A stretch of DNA of 64,000 nucleotides from Saprolegnia diclina VS20 (taxonomy: Eukaryota), in the NCBI RefSeq assembly GCF_000281045.1, contig NW_008246070.1, forward strand, positions 87,543 through 151,542, read 5' to 3'. Positions within the stretch are counted from its first letter, which is position 1; each line of letters begins with the position of its first letter. Positions 63,277 through 64,000 of the stretch are shown piece after piece. The position numbers were made by a program, and so were the translations under genes. Below the pieces are notes generated by a model. It was not told where the DNA came from. It was given only the letters and a program-made list of their open reading frames with translations, and ran no database searches.

Positions 63277-63881
63277 ATGGGCCTGCCGAGCGTGTTTGGT
63301 CGGCGGTGGCACGCCACGGCCGCCGCCAAGGGCGTCGCGTACGAAGAGATGGTGGCTAAGGAGCTGCGGAAGCTTGGCTGCGACCTCGCGCCGACGGCCA
63401 TGTCGATGGACGGAGGCATCGACCACATTGTAGGAACTATTTGCCGGCCTTTCTCACGCAGCACACATAGGGTATGTGGGCCTTCCCGGATGCATCTCGG
63501 ATCCGCATCGTGACGCAGTGCAAGCACGAAGAGAAGCCGACGGGTGTGACGTACCTGCGCGAGTTTGAAGGCGTCTTGGGCAAGCAGCCGCCGAGTACGA
63601 TCGGCGTCTTTGCCAGCGCGTCCGGCTACAGCCTCTACGCCAAGCGGTAGGCATCTCCATGGGGACTCGAGGTGCGATGACAGGCTAGGTTCTTTACGCA
63701 GATGGCGCAGCCTGCGATGCGGCTGACACTCAACGGCAGCGATGGCCTCGTCGAGTTTGACATGAACACGCCGGCGAGACGGCTCGTGCCCAAGCTCGTG
63801 CCCGGCTCCACCTTTCTCGACGGCTCCCACGTCCTCGTCTTGACGTACGACGGTCACGTCCTCGACGACGACGATACATAA
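63277..63881 (+). CDS. PD-(D/E)xK restriction-endonuclease-like protein, RRG7/DUF2034 (Mrr-like) type
   Basis: KGVAYE...DGGIDHI|G.W...IVTQCK...YLREFEGVL...IGVFAS.SGYS; stop TAA 63879-63881. The start codon is uncertain. Confidence 0.8.
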
Positions 63882-64000
63882 CTTGTTTCTCTGATTCTCA
63901 ATATGAAATGTACCACGGGTTGAGCGTCGACCAGCTAAACTGGACCGACTTGGTAACGACAAACGAAATGCCGGACGCGAGCGTGACGCTGAGTCCGAGC

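Noticed and set aside
63135..63881. Bacterial restriction-modification or defence island
   Set aside because: A single intron-containing gene with no methyltransferase or other prokaryotic genes nearby.

Overview
Gene-dense, GC-rich eukaryotic DNA with short (mostly ~40-60 nt) GT-AG introns and short intergenic regions. The style and gene families point to an oomycete, probably a Saprolegnia-type water mould (inference, not a database result). About 30 protein-coding genes can be reconstructed by manual splicing: two tandem long-chain acyl-CoA synthetases, DNAJB12/14, a C2/zinc-finger AGC kinase, ZCCHC10, proteasome beta7 and Rpn5, a PDZ protein, a large CCDC17-like gene, two tandem RBBP9 hydrolases, pICln, two KLHDC10-like kelch proteins, TAF1, a secreted Cu-type SOD, an EF-hand/EML5-6-like WD40 protein, an IF1-like peptide, a giant calpain, a BSD protein, a SAM protein, ATP10, dihydroxyacetone kinase and an RRG7/Mrr-like nuclease-fold protein. 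I saw no rRNA, tRNA, CRISPR array or intact transposon. Most interesting: (1) an apparent orphan gene that looks like a compact SYCP2/Red1/ASY3-type meiotic axis protein; (2) a SAM domain fused to a piggyBac-type Cys-rich domain, suggesting transposon domestication; (3) an RBBP9 duplicate that has lost its catalytic Ser and His but keeps an intact ORF; (4) a ~8.6 kb calpain with EF-hand, zinc-finger, C2 and WW modules; (5) a KLHDC10 paralog lacking the Elongin BC box; (6) a small FAM21/CapZIP-like protein; (7) a perfect 61-nt nested palindrome. All homology calls come from motif recognition by eye and recall of the families, and exon boundaries are manual predictions.
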